Source of the DNA: the human T2T-CHM13v2.0 reference genome, Homo sapiens
DNA length: 64,000 nt
Assembly (NCBI RefSeq): GCF_009914755.1
Contig: NC_060931.1
Direction: 5' to 3' (one strand)
The position numbers and the translations under genes were made by a program. Below the pieces are notes generated by a model. That model made no database searches and was not told the DNA's origin. It saw only the letters and a program-made list of their open reading frames with translations. Position 1 is the stretch's first letter; each line of letters opens with the position of its first letter. Below, piece after piece: positions 16,186-32,132 of the stretch.

Positions 16186-16347
16186 AATTGAGCATCATAA
16201 TTCTTAAGAGGAAGCCAATTATCAAAAAGGGAAATATTTAAGAATTATAAATCCTATTTTCATATCCATCCTGTGTTTTATGAGAAGTCACAATGTAGAA
16301 AAATTTTACTCAGCTTTTAAGTCAATAGATTGGCCATATTTCTTCAA
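16186..16347 (-). repeat. Right arm of 163-bp inverted repeat
   Basis: Pairs with 14386-14548; spacer 1637 bp. Confidence 0.95.
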
Positions 16348-16386
16348 CAACTACTGTGTGATGGTATCAAAGAAATAGCAGATATA

Positions 16387-16998
16387 CTGCACTCCCCTAT
16401 TTATTGTAGCACTATTCACAATAGCCAAGATTTGGAAGCAACCTAAGTATCCATTGACAGATAAATGGATAAAGAAAATGTGGTACATATACACAATGGA
16501 GTACGATTCAGCCATAAAAAAGAATGAGAGCCTGTGATTTGCAACAACATGGATGGAACTGCAGGTCATTATATTAAGAGAAATAAGCCAGGCGCAGAAA
16601 GAGAAACTTCGCCTGTTCTCACTTATTTGTAGGAGCTAAAAGTTAAAACAGTTGAACTAATGGAGATAGAGAATAGAAGGATGGTTACCAGAGATTGGGA
16701 AGGTGGGGACACGGGGATGTGGAGATAGTTAATGGGTACAAAAAAAGAAAATAGAGTGAATAGACCTAGTATTTGCCAGCACAATGAGGTGACCATAGTC
16801 AAATATAATTTAATTGTACATTTAGAAATAACTAAAAGAGTGTAATTGGATTGTTTGTAACACAAAGGATAAATGCTGGAGGTGATAGACACCTCATTGA
16901 CCCTGATGCCTGGTATTACACATTGCATGCCTGTACCAAAACATCTAATGTACCTTATAAATACATATCTACTATGTACCCACAAAAATTAAAGATAA
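16387..16998 (+). mobile_element. L1MA-type (L1MA1-3) 3' end
   Basis: L1 ORF2 end and 3'UTR; TSD aaagaaatag(c/t)agatata at 16369-16386 and 16999-17016. Confidence 0.9.
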
Positions 16999-17340
16999 AA
17001 AGAAATAGTAGATATAATTTCTGCTTTTGAATAGGTTATTATTTAAAAAGAAAATAGTGGTCAAGGCAAGAAATATGTCTTTGCCTATTTGATATGCTAG
17101 AATGGACAGAAATAATGGCAAAGTTTCATTCTTGTGTATGTGTGAGAATGTGTTTGTGTATGTAACATATGGAATTTCTGGCATATATATGGATATATAT
17201 GAAATTCCTACTAATTTTAGAGGTATAGATCTAAACTTGTTCTGGAGTTGAGAATTATGTCATCCCTCAGAGACTATATTTCACAGAAATACTGCTTCTG
17301 GTCAGAAGTACTGTGGATCTTAATATTAAATCAGATTCTT

Positions 17341-17640
17341 GGCCAGGCACGGTGGCTTTTGCCTGTAATCCCAGCACTTTGGGAGGCCAAAGTGGGAGAA
17401 TCACTTGAGCCCAGGAATTCAAGACCAGCCTTTGCTACTTAGTAAGACTTCATCTCTGCAAAAAAAAAAAAAAAAAAAAAAAAAATTAGCTACGTGTGGT
17501 AATGTGTGCCTGTAGTCCTAGCTATTTGGGAGGCTGAGGTGGGAGGATCGCTTGATCTCAGGAGGTTGAGGCTGCAGTGAACCAAGATCGCACTACCCCA
17601 CTTCACCCTGGGCAACAGAGCAAGACCCTGTCTCAAAAAA
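17341..17640 (+). mobile_element. AluJ with expanded middle A tract
   Basis: cttgagcccagga and gaggctgcagtga diagnostics; ~A25 at 17460-17484; TSD-like aaatca(g/a)attct. Confidence 0.9.
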
Positions 17641-18375
17641 TCAAATTCTCATATACCAAGTAATTGTTTGTTTTCTTTTAATATATTCCTGACCTTGGAC
17701 TTTACACCTCCACCATTTTTAGGATTTGTCTGATTAGCTTTTAAAATTTTGTTCTGGATTTTACAGGGTTTGATCAGCATAACCAGTTGACACAAGTGCA
17801 GTGGGATCTTTTGGTGGGAAAGTCTGGGGGTACCTGAGGCACACAGACCTTGGGTGGGGCTAGACACTGGCTGGTTAAAGAATAAGAGTCTATGGGTAAT
17901 GGAGATCAAAATAGGCCTGAGAGCTACAGAATCAGTTGCAGAATCAGTTGTAAAGGAAATGTGGAGAAGGCAAGCAGAATATCAGGTAACTCATGACTGC
18001 AAAGCCGTAATTATAGAAACATTTCGCTTATACAGACCCTAGTGTTTAACTTCAGTGTTCATTGAAGAGGAACTGGTATGTAAGTGATGCTACATCAACA
18101 TGGCACAATCTTATCAAGTCATTACAATGAAAAATATGAAGACTAAATGCTTGACAAATACATTTAAGGTGTAATGTTAAATAGAATAGAACCCACAGTG
18201 TGATTTCAAGGATAATAAAATTGTGTGAAAGCTAATAGTCAATAAAGTAATTCTATTAAAATGATAGTTTGCAGGGTTTTAAAAATAATTAAAATAATGT
18301 TTTTCATATATATCAATTTTTTTCTCAATCCTGTGATTACCATGAGATAAAATAATGTTTAATATAATATTGCCT

Positions 18376-18866
<491 letters not shown>

Positions 18867-19567
18867 CTGAGATGTGTGGGCTGTGGGGAATCAGATTGGC
18901 CATTTGGCTTTTTTTCCTGCAGTCTTAACCACAAAATTGAGCTCTAAGGATTCCTACACTAAATGGGGAAGCAGGAAGAGCAAGTCTTAAAAGATTCAAG
19001 TCCATTGGCTCACCCTTCTCACTGGCCAGCCTGCTTAAATTTATTTGAACCTCACTTTCTACACTTTTGATTGGGGTAGGGGAGGGGTAGTAGGAATAAT
19101 TTATGATGCTTTTTACAAGTAATTTGATGCAAATTATTTATTATGTAAAATAATTAGAAACCCAGAGAACATTTATGTAAATTATCTGAATCCCAGTCTC
19201 AGTGATAAGAAAAACTTAGATGTAAATGTTCTACTTTTCAGAAGACCAAAGGGCCTGAATTTTATATCTGTAAAGGCACAAGGGAAGAATATAAATTGAA
19301 TTAGTAATTAAAGGAAGGTCTGAATCCACAGACATAGCAAAGATGGAGGATTATATATATATAAGGGTAATAGAGAGGGACACTGACATTAAAAGGAAAT
19401 GTGTAGCCATTACTGTGCCAGAAAAAGAAAAGGAACAATATTTATATTGGTTGTCACTTGGAAAATTAATATGTAGGATGAAGCTTAAGAATCTAAGCAC
19501 ATTTTCAGATTATATTTCTGGATTGTCCTGATTCAAAAGGATAACTTGTGTGTGACTGATTTGATGG

Positions 19568-19978
19568 TATATGAGTCAGAAGCTCAGGCTGCCATAACAA
19601 AATTTCATAGGCTGGGTGGCTCAACAGGAATTTCTTTCTCACAGTTATGAAGGTTGGGAAGTTCAAGATCAAGATGCCAGCTGACTTGGTTCCCTGGTAC
19701 AAGGTCTTTCTTTCTGGCTTGCAGAAGGCCACTTTCTTGCAGTGTCTTCACAGGGTGAGGGGGGAAAGGTGGGAGAGAGGGAGAGAGGAAGACAGCAAGT
19801 CCTCTGGAGTCTCTTCTTATGAGGGCACTAATCCCATTATGAGGGTCCCTTGGGCGCTTCTCTCATGACCTCATCTAATTCTAATTGCCTCCCAAAGGCC
19901 CCATCTCCAAATACCATCACATTAGGGGCTACAGCTTCAACGTAAGAATTTTGGAGGAATGCAATTCAGTCCATAATA
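19568..19978 (-). mobile_element. MLT1A-type MaLR solo LTR
   Basis: gctgccataacaaaat...ctcacagtt...caagatcaag...attcagtccata; exact 5-bp TSD gatgg. Confidence 0.88.
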
Positions 19979-21077
19979 GATGGTAATTTTGCCAGCAGGT
20001 ACCCTATCTTATACTTTTTCAGCCCCTAAGCAGGGAGCTCATTCTAATTGTAGCACATGTGCTCTCATGGAGATCAGAGTCAGTATTGTTTGATTAAAGG
20101 TGGTAGCTTACTAATCTTTTACTCACTGTGATATGAAATTCAATCATACTTTCGTAGTAGTCTATGGAATTTATTTCAGTGAGCTGGTCTGTTAGAATGC
20201 TAAGCAGCAGTAGCAGTGCCATTCATGTGTTTATTTTTTTCCCTTTTCCTTTTCTGGAACATTATATTTAATACATGTTAAATTTTTCTAAGATACAATA
20301 AATTTATGAGGTCTCCTTAAAAGATATAATCATTAATACAATAGTTTATCATGGGTAAGTTAAATTAAATGTAGATTCTTCATAGGAAAAAAGTGAATGT
20401 TTATGTTCATCTACTCTGTATGTCAAACATTGGATAGAAAAATGGTACATCCTGAACTTGGCTAGCACTCCTGTGACCAACTCAGTTTGTCTATTCTGTG
20501 CCAAAATAATGGGTTAATTCTGCCATTTTAGTTGGAATTATTAGTGCCTTAATCCCCCTACATAGTCAGATACAGTGGAGCATAGGATGCTGGAAACTTT
20601 CCTTTAGTTTTTTACATCTTTCAAGTAGAAGAAAAGAATGTTAAGAAATCCCTTGGTTTTGACCTTTGCAGATGCTCTCATTAATCAATAGTGATATTTT
20701 AAAGAATTGATTTTTTTAAGCATACGGATATTGTCCTATAGACAGAAAAATAATCAAAATCAAAGATAAAACTGGAAATAGAATCTTGTTTGCTTTTTTG
20801 TTTCTTTGCTTTTGTTTTTGTATTTCACTGTGTTCTTTTTTGAGGTCCTAGACAGAATTAAATTAGAAATCTGGGTGATAAGACTTTTTAAATAATATGA
20901 CTGATGATTTTATGTGAATTATAAAATATAGTTCCAATTCTTTTTTTGCTTTAAGCCCAGGACAAAGATTAAATGTTTTCACAATGATAAAGCTTTTGTT
21001 TCTGTTCATTTTTGTTTCTTTCAATTGATAGGACATGGAGAAAGATTTTTGCATTTATGTTTGTATAAAGTATTTCA

Positions 21078-21431
<354 letters not shown>

Positions 21432-22808
21432 TTAACTTGCTTCTTTGAAGGTAGCTGAATTTTTAAAAACATACACTAACATGGAAAATACCTTTGGTAC
21501 TACATCTTGGGGACGAAATTTAATACCAGTATGTGCCATTTATAGCAATTCCCGACAGGCATTACTTATACTAATGTGTATCAGTGTTCTTGTATGATTT
21601 GAAGCACAATAATTTTCAGAACATTAAATTTCTATTTAGGGAAATAATTAGATTTCCTCATATTTCTTCAGTAATTAAATAATAGCTATGACAACACAAT
21701 ATAGCATTTATTTAAAGGCATTTTCTATTTTATTACCTTTGGTTTTTTTAATACGGCATTTTATTCAACAAGAAAAAGCTACTACCTTTTTCTATTGAAG
21801 ATAAACATTAAAATTTATGGGACAATATACATGGGAAAAGTTTTTTTCTTTTATATTATCCTACTTAACATATTGTAAATAAACATATATTCTTTTGCTT
21901 TTCTTTTAGTTAATGCTTTCTTAGAAAAAATTTAATAAATGTGATGTAATTATTATGAAAAGTCAGAAAAACATTAATGAAATATCAAGGTAATTAAAAA
22001 ACTACTTCCCTATGCTTCTGTCAGGGGCTTCCAGCAAAGTCTCAAAAGATTTTGCTTTTTTCACAACTGTTTAATTAACTTGAGAAAAGTCCCAAGTGTA
22101 CCCTTATTACAAACATCCTTCAGAAAAGTGGTGACTATGATGTGTATAGTGGTGTCTTCACCAGCAGCAGGACCAACGTGTTGGGGTTTGCAGGTGAAAT
22201 TTGACTGTAATTTATTTACTTCAGTCAAATTTTAATGCTGTAATACAGATAATTTTGTCATGAACTTTGCCAAACTATCTCCTAAAACCAATTCTCTTAT
22301 TTGTTGCTTCATAAAGCTGTTTTATAGCAAATGTATACTGTTCTTCTTCAGGTCTGTACATTGCCTGGTCTGGGCTTCTTTAAGGAAAAGCTTTCTCTTA
22401 AAATACTGTTTGCTTCCCAGAGATGTGTCTGTAGGAGAGGATTCACCTGCAAAAATTTTAAGAGTTTCCCGGGAAGTGCGTGCCATGGAACAGGAGTTGA
22501 TGGATCCCCACTGTGTTCTCTACAGGCCATCGTATATTGAAGCAGCTTAATTTATCCTCATTAAAACAAAACACACCTTGACCTTAAAGGGGGAAAAATG
22601 ACTAATCTCATTGTGTATATTGTTTTCCTTTGGGTGTATCTCTTAAACTGTCTAACACTTATAAGCACACTGCCTGCAACTCTGCAGTCACTTTCACATA
22701 TATTAAGACAGTTAAGTCTTAGAGTAACCTTTGAGGAAAAGGTATTATTCTAACTATACTGATAAAGAACTGAGACTCAGTGAGGAAGCATTTGCCAAGA
22801 TTCTATAG

Positions 22809-23158
<350 letters not shown>

Positions 23159-23329
23159 TGAAGTCTTTTATGGTACACTTTATACCAGTTCACTCTTCCT
23201 TTTGTATTCTATCCAGTGCAGGCTGCATATATAGAGCAGAATAGGAAGGAATTCTGCCTCAAGTCCTTTTTATTTCTGTGTATCTGTCAAGGTTGTTAGA
23301 ATCTCTGCGATAGCATAATCCAAGTCATT

Positions 23330-24045
23330 ATTATATTTCCTTCAGAGCACAGCAGTGGCCTTCTGACTGTACTATGCTCCTCACCTCTCAGCAGCCAGTC
23401 ATCTTTTTGAAATGTAATTCAGATCATGCCATCCTTCTGTTCAAAAACCGTCAGTGATTTTCCATTGTACTTAGAATAAAATCCAAAGTACTTATTTTGG
23501 TCTTCAAGACCCAGCACGTTCTGGCTCCTGCTTACCTCTCCCTCACTTGCTCAGTATCATCTGACCATGGTTCCTGAAATACCTTAAACTCTTCCTTGCC
23601 TCAGGAACTTTGCACTTAAACTTTCCTTTGTCTGCAGGTCTTCAAGTTCCTTAAATTCTTTGACTCCCTCCAACTGATCCTTCAGATTTCAGCCCAAATG
23701 TCATTTCCTGAAGAAATACATTCTCCTACTTCCTAAACTAAGTCCTCCTGATTTATTCATGTTTTTTCTCTCTCCTGACATTTATAATTTGCCTTTATAC
23801 TCATTTAGAAATAACATTTAGCAAGCCCTTCCAGTGTGCCAATCACCTGCCTTTAAACCTTATTTGTAGATGAGGAAGTAAAATACTTTCCCAGATTCCC
23901 ACAAGTGTTGAACCAGGGTTTAAACCCAGGTTTCCTCAACAAAACTATAAACTCTGGGAAATAGACCGTGTCTATGTATTATTGTAGCTCCAGTGCCTGG
24001 TATTTAGTTGGCCCTCAACAAATAGATATTGAACAAATGAACCTG
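23330..24045 (+). mobile_element. L2 fragment(s) with embedded MIR-like piece
   Basis: cttagaataaaatccaaa...cctcaggaactttgcac...gtgcctgg...ctcaacaaatag. Confidence 0.7.
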
Positions 24046-24054
24046 TAGCAATGA

Positions 24055-24989
<935 letters not shown>

Positions 24990-25434
24990 TGACTAAGAAA
25001 ACCAGAGCTTGACAGCATTTAAAGTAGTAAAAGCAGATTTTATTCAGGACTATTGCAGGAGGGGAAAAGAGACCCCAGTATAGAACTGAGCTTGGTTCTG
25101 AGTACAAGGAAAAGTAGGGGTTTTATAGCCAGGGAGCAGGGTGGGTAGGTGTGTGTCAGTGGATTGAAAATTACTGAGAAGATAAAATGACCTAACAGGA
25201 GTCTGGCTGAATATGGGCCAGAGTGATGAGCTGTCTCCTGGGGGATGGTTGGGGTTGGGGAATTTGGTCAGATTTTGAGGGTGACTAGAAGGGTGGGAGA
25301 TTGTGGCTAAAGATTTTTGCAATAATTGGACGATGCAAAGATGGACACAAAGTTTAAAAGTTGAGATCTACTTGGGAAGAGGATTTTGAGGAGCCTGACT
25401 AAAGTTTGGTCAAAGACTCATACAATCTTTGTCA
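24990..25434 (-). mobile_element. MER31-type ERV1 LTR
   Basis: tgactaag...gagcctgactaaagtttggtcaa...tctttgtca termini. Confidence 0.78.
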
Positions 25435-26299
25435 GACCCAAAACAGACAATTCAGCTACAGTGCTTTGTCTCAACTTTATGAGCAAGGATGCTTCCCTTA
25501 AATTCTCTTAAATTCTACACAGTGACATTTCATTCTGCATCCAGTGGATATTTGTTGACATGGTGTTGGCTGAGCTGGGATATAGCCTATGGAGAAATTT
25601 CATGAAGCTGGCAAAGCTCCTATTATTTTCTATTTCATGCTTACATATTAGTGTTTTGTTAGGTTGTTTTTCTTTTTCTTTTTTCTTTTAGATCTACACG
25701 GAAAGATTTGGCAGGTCTGATAATTTAGGCCTCTGGAAACCTCAGTTATGCTATAAAGAGTAAAGGGCAACATCATATGTTATTGTAGGGTTCACAGTTT
25801 AGGATGCTTGGTCTTATTTTGGTAAATACTATTTCTATTATAAATGCACATTTCAAAAATAATGAATCATATATTTTTCTTTTTTTTTCTTTTTCACTAT
25901 TCTTTCATTTTATAAGAAGCATTTCCTTTTTATGTCTTAGGGTAGGTAGTGGCTCCAATCTAGCACTAAGTTGTTTTTATTACTATTATATTATTTCACT
26001 TACCGAAGTACAGAGTAATTTGTTTACAAATTAACTAGCAATGGCTAAGAATGATTTAAACTTTCTCACAAATTGTTTCATCCTACGTTTTTCTACTTTA
26101 CCACCACCTATCTGCAGTATGTTACACATCTTCAATTAATGCAAATTCAAAGTTATTTTTATAATTGAGCGGTGCTCCTGAAAATAATTGGCTGTCCTGG
26201 GGAGTTGGAAATCCAGAGTTGTTCCTTACTCTATTAGAAAAATGAAGTCTTCCTTTTAGTGACTAAAACAGAGCTTCCTAACCTTCACCAAGGTTAACT

Positions 26300-26760
26300 G
26301 CATCCTTTTCTGTGCAGTGAGCAGCTGACGTGGTGTGCCAGCTCTCATTGTATAGGCTTTTATCACAGGAAGTAGATTCAAATGATTGTAATTGCTTGGG
26401 TTACATTAATATTCATGGCACATGCCTCTTACCTTACATGGCACTCATTCTCTGTGTATTTAATTAATATGCCATTTTGCCTTTCATTTTGGCATGGGGA
26501 GCCATGATTTTAGAGGGTGTGAAACAGCGAGCAGCTGGGGAAAGAATGAATACCCAGAACCCAGTGCCAGGATTAACATACTGATGCAGATATTCTGAGA
26601 AGGGATCTTTTGAGGCAGGTTAAAAGGAAATGCCAAGTGGAACCAAAGCCGACCTTGCACTAGCACGTGATACTAGTCAAGGAGGTGCTTGGCTTCACTC
26701 TGCTGCATTTTGCTCTTGGATTGCCAGCTGCTTCAAGCCAGCTGCTTCAGCACAGCTAAA
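26300..26760. promoter_or_regulatory. Candidate intronic enhancer
   Basis: Block with no recognisable repeat, containing four CAGCTG E-boxes, TGACGTGG, ACAGGAAGT (ETS), TAATTAAT and CACGTG; motif evidence only. Confidence 0.3.
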
Positions 26761-28054
26761 ATGAAGGAAAGAATATTATCACTATATATTTTGTATTTGA
26801 AAATCTGCTGGTAATTTCAAAAGCTTAGAATGTTGACAGTAGCCTGTAGATGAAAATTTAAAACTTAGTGATCAAAGTATCATATCCTTCCTCCCTTTGC
26901 AGAATTATTTTTAAAAGATTGTGGCTTGCCTGTTTGGACAATTTTCAGAACACAGGGGGAAATCATTTTTCACTTTTTATTATAATATGATTAGATGTAA
27001 TTGAATTTTAGTAAGTACATTGCAACAATGAATTTCAATGGGCATACAGTATAACTTAAGTTTTCTGGATGTAGATTTTGCAGAAAGAGGAAGTAAATAC
27101 TGGAATTTAAATGCCATTTTCCAATGGACATTCCAAATAGGAGCTTGATACGTAATTCAGTTTTTCCCTTCTGCTGTCAGTTGTCCCATTACATCATAAA
27201 CTTGATGTCTAGCAAGAGACAATATCACTCCTTTTTGTGTTCCTTTGGTTGATTATTAACTGGAAGATCCCCTTGACTTGTTACTTCTGTGGAGACTTTG
27301 GGTGCTCATCAAGAAACAAGTACTTAAGAGCTTTAGTAATTGATATGAACCCACCAGGTGCATGTAGAAGCACAGTTTGGTTTATGGGTTACCAGAGTGC
27401 CCCTGTTGAGCTTTGCTCCAGGTCCTACTGTATATTTTAGGCTCTTCCCTTCAGTTCAGTGCTTCTCAAAGGCCCTAGAGACAGAGATAGGAACGGATGC
27501 CCTTGGCAGCTGGACCACAGGCAAAAGCAGCTCACTGCTGAAACACTGTACCCTTGAAGTCCTTTTAAATTAGGTTAATTTTGCACTTTACCCTGCAATA
27601 TATCCGTGATTACTTTAATATAAAACAGTTAATTTTCTAATCACCAAATGAAATTGATGCTCTAGAAAGGCATGGCATGTTTAAATTGGGGCTTCTTGAT
27701 GTTATATGTACCTGCTTTGGAGAATCGTGGACTTAGTGTGGCTGTAGGGAAAATTCTTTTAGTCCTTTCTTTGAAATGGACCTGATAGATACAAATAACT
27801 TTCAGGACATTTGGTGATGGAATTTGGTTAATTAGCAGCTTGTTTCAGCTTTCTACTCTGAGTGTTGTGAAAAGAGGCCAGACTTAAAGTCCAGTGAGTT
27901 CAAGACCTGGTTCACTATTAACTTGTGATGTTGTACAGTTTATTAACATCTTCAGGCCCATTTCTCATCTGTAAAAGGAGACGATGAACCATAAAATATA
28001 AAGCACCATTTTCCAAATTATATTTTGTGAATGATTACTTGCAAAAGGTATTCT

Positions 28055-28600
<546 letters not shown>

Positions 28601-28607
28601 TATTCCA

Positions 28608-28910
<303 letters not shown>

Positions 28911-30305
28911 CTAAAAGCTCCATCTTTAAATAAATACTAATTTGTATTACACCCTCCTGCTAGAGAATGACACTGCATTCAGCATATCCAAATGTCTTAG
29001 ACATCCTGCACTTAAAAAAAAAAACTTTTAAACTTTAACCCAGTATTTCTCAAATTCCTTCTCCCAATTAATTTAACATTTAATATTCTATGGAACTTAC
29101 ACTTGAAGGAGTCCCATTTGGGAAAAAGTTATCTGGGATCTTTCCAGCTCAAACATGTTTTTATTCTTCAAAGACACCATATGAAAATATGGGCTTTGCC
29201 AAAGTAAGATATTTGATAAATATTAATTCAGGCCTTCCGAACCTTTTCCATATCATGGCATGTATAGAAAGTAATATTTGTATGGCACACTGGGGTAAAC
29301 TGACAAGGTGGCTTAGGGCTGAGGAGTGCGGTAACTCAGTTACACCCTTGGATAAAGATCTCTAACCAGGTGTTTAAAAAGTTATCACTGAGGAAGCTGC
29401 ATGACATAGCTTGTTCTCCAGATGTCATTAGTTAGCATGTTTACACAGAGAAGCATTAGAGGCAGATCATACAAAACTCTATGCTATTTGGTTTGCCTTG
29501 GCAGCAATTTATTTTCCACTTTAGAGAAACCAGAAACTCTTCTGATTACCTATGGCTGTGGATATTATTGGTCATTAGACCTAACTGGCAATCCCTCGTG
29601 GTATAAGAGTGAGGGATAAGAGGTTTCCAGGAGGATAATACTCTTCCACAGTCTATTTAATATACTCAAATGATGAATTCAACAGCCTCCTATTTTTAAA
29701 GCGAGAGCATATATCCTAATGTCATAAGCAGAATAATTCTCATTTAATGGGGGAAATTTTTTTCAACTTCACATTTCCTAGAGGAACAAGTATTTGGTGT
29801 AGTAATAGGGATTGGATGTGGGAAGAAAAGGACATTTATATTAATACATTCTTAAAAGAAATACAGCATAGATCAGTGAGTGAGATCAACATTTGTCACG
29901 CCTCAGGCCTTTTTCTGAAGTCATCTTCAGCCCTTCCTCTCCACTCTATTCCTCAGTTGGTATCATTCTATAGTATCACATCTTCTGAATGGCTTACTTA
30001 AAGATTCTAGACTGATGGAAAAAAACAAACAAACAAACAAGAAATTGATTAGATTTGACAACGACCTACATCATTGTTCAGTTAGTATTTTTATTCAGCT
30101 CACCTAGAAACTAAGCAGTCATGATCCACTTAGTAACAGATGTTTTGATTTCAGAATTGCCAGGTCTTCCCCAGATTATCTTTTGTACTTACTGTCATTT
30201 TCCCCTTTAAACAACTTTTTTTGGCCTTAGTCTTTACTGTCTTTTCTGAGAATCCTATTAGAGTTTAAGATTTAAAACTAGATGTAGAAATACATCCTTG
30301 CTTAG

Positions 30306-30760
30306 TGTCAGGGAGCCACTGTGAAATCCCATTGACAACCTATTCTGGGCTTTAGAGCCAGAAGTTTAATTACCACCTATTGAGCGAGTTTGATTTGTCA
30401 CTTCTTGGGTTCTGGCCAGGCAGAGCTAATTCCTCCTAGCAGAGCAAGGTCGGTGGGCAGGAGCCAGAATTGAGAAAGTGACGCAGTCACTTCAGCTTGT
30501 CCAGCTTCAGGCGTAGATGAAGGGAGTTAAGTGTGCCAGATTAAGTCCAAAGTGGCACACAAGCATGAGGGGCAATAAGGGCACCTGGTAAACCACAGCA
30601 AGAGGGAGTCTGCAACTAAGAAAGGGGGAGTGTGGTGACTAGCAAGGAGCAAGCGCTTGCAATTTTCAGAAGTCCAGGCAAGCTGTGCTGGCACCAGACA
30701 GGAAACATTGCGGCTGCGCTTCAGTCAGAGGCTGGCTTCAGCCTTTGAAGGAGACTGACA
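30306..30760 (-). mobile_element. Possible ancient LTR (family not assigned)
   Basis: 455-bp GC-richer island with inverted termini tgtcag...ctgaca and a minus-strand ATTAAA ~65 bp from the end; no clear TSD. Confidence 0.35.
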
Positions 30761-31189
30761 GGGGGTATTAAGTAGTTACTGGAATGAGACCTGTAAAAAA
30801 GGCAGAATAAAATCAGTAATAACAACTGAATAATAACAACTGAAGAAATCAATAGACTATTTAACCACATCTGTAGGCCTCTACACAATCTAGTACTGTG
30901 GAGTATTAAATGAATGAGATAGATTTAGAAATAAAAAACCATTCATGGTATATTAAGGAAAATTCAAATCATAGTATATTACATAATATGTTAGTGAAAG
31001 GAACTTTGGGACATGGTAGTGTAGAACTCTGTTCAGATGAATGACACAAACACCTTAGGCATACTTTATAGGGACAGATATACTTTGTTTGCCTTTTGTT
31101 TTCATCCATCTATCCTGAGGAAGGTCCACAATTATTGAATAATAACTGCCTAAAGTGGTAACATGTCTCTGGTACTCCTGAAAAGAGGC

Positions 31190-31450
31190 AGCTTGTTGTG
31201 GAGGGCAGTGTGAGTGGTTAGGGCCACAAACTTTGGATCCCAACTACCCGGGTTTAACTCTTTCTTCTACTGCCACTACTCGTATGACTCAAGTCCTTAA
31301 CTTCTCTATACCTGTTACCCCATCTGTAAAAGGGGGACAGTAGTAGTACATACCTCAGAGGGTAGTTATGAGAATTAATAATAATATTTTAGAAATCTGT
31401 GGAAAAGTATCTGGCCTATAATTAGCCCTATAAATGTTTGTTAAGCAAAT
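31190..31450 (+). mobile_element. MIR
   Basis: catctgtaaaagggggacagtagtagtacatacctcagaggg. Confidence 0.75.
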
Positions 31451-31721
31451 ACACAAATAAAATACATACTTTCCCAGCTTCCAGGAATCAGGAACTAACT
31501 TAGACTTTTCTTTTCATCTCACGTGGATATTGTTCTCGTGGAATGTTGAACATTTCTTGAAGTATTGTTTTAAGCACTGTGGAAAAAATAATAGTTAAAA
31601 TTGTTAGCAGATCATGGAATTGGATTTTTGACCTCAATCCTTTTGAAATTAAGAAAAAAATTACACTAGTCACTTTAAACTGGTTGTTCTATATGTTTGT
31701 GCTCTAACAATATAGAAACTA

Positions 31722-32132
<411 letters not shown>

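Noticed and set aside
14386-16347. Inverted repeat as TIRs of a DNA transposon
   Set aside because: No flanking TSD, no known TIR terminus and no transposase trace in the spacer; not fully excluded without a Dfam search.
19073-19094. G-rich ggggtaggggaggggtagtagg as a G-quadruplex
   Set aside because: Only three G-tracts of 3 or more.
22260-22550. 96-aa ORF in unique sequence with an acceptor-like ttcttcttcag and a TTCCCGGGAA palindrome
   Set aside because: No recognisable protein similarity and no matching donor; the single STAT6/ETS-like motif is not enough.
25665-25720. Strong acceptor followed by a 23-nt possible micro-exon
   Set aside because: Donor gtctga is poor, and T-rich acceptor-like strings are common in this intron.
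30828-30845. Short tandem duplications (taataacaactgaa x2; also at ~17928 and ~36804)
   Set aside because: Ordinary slippage duplications.
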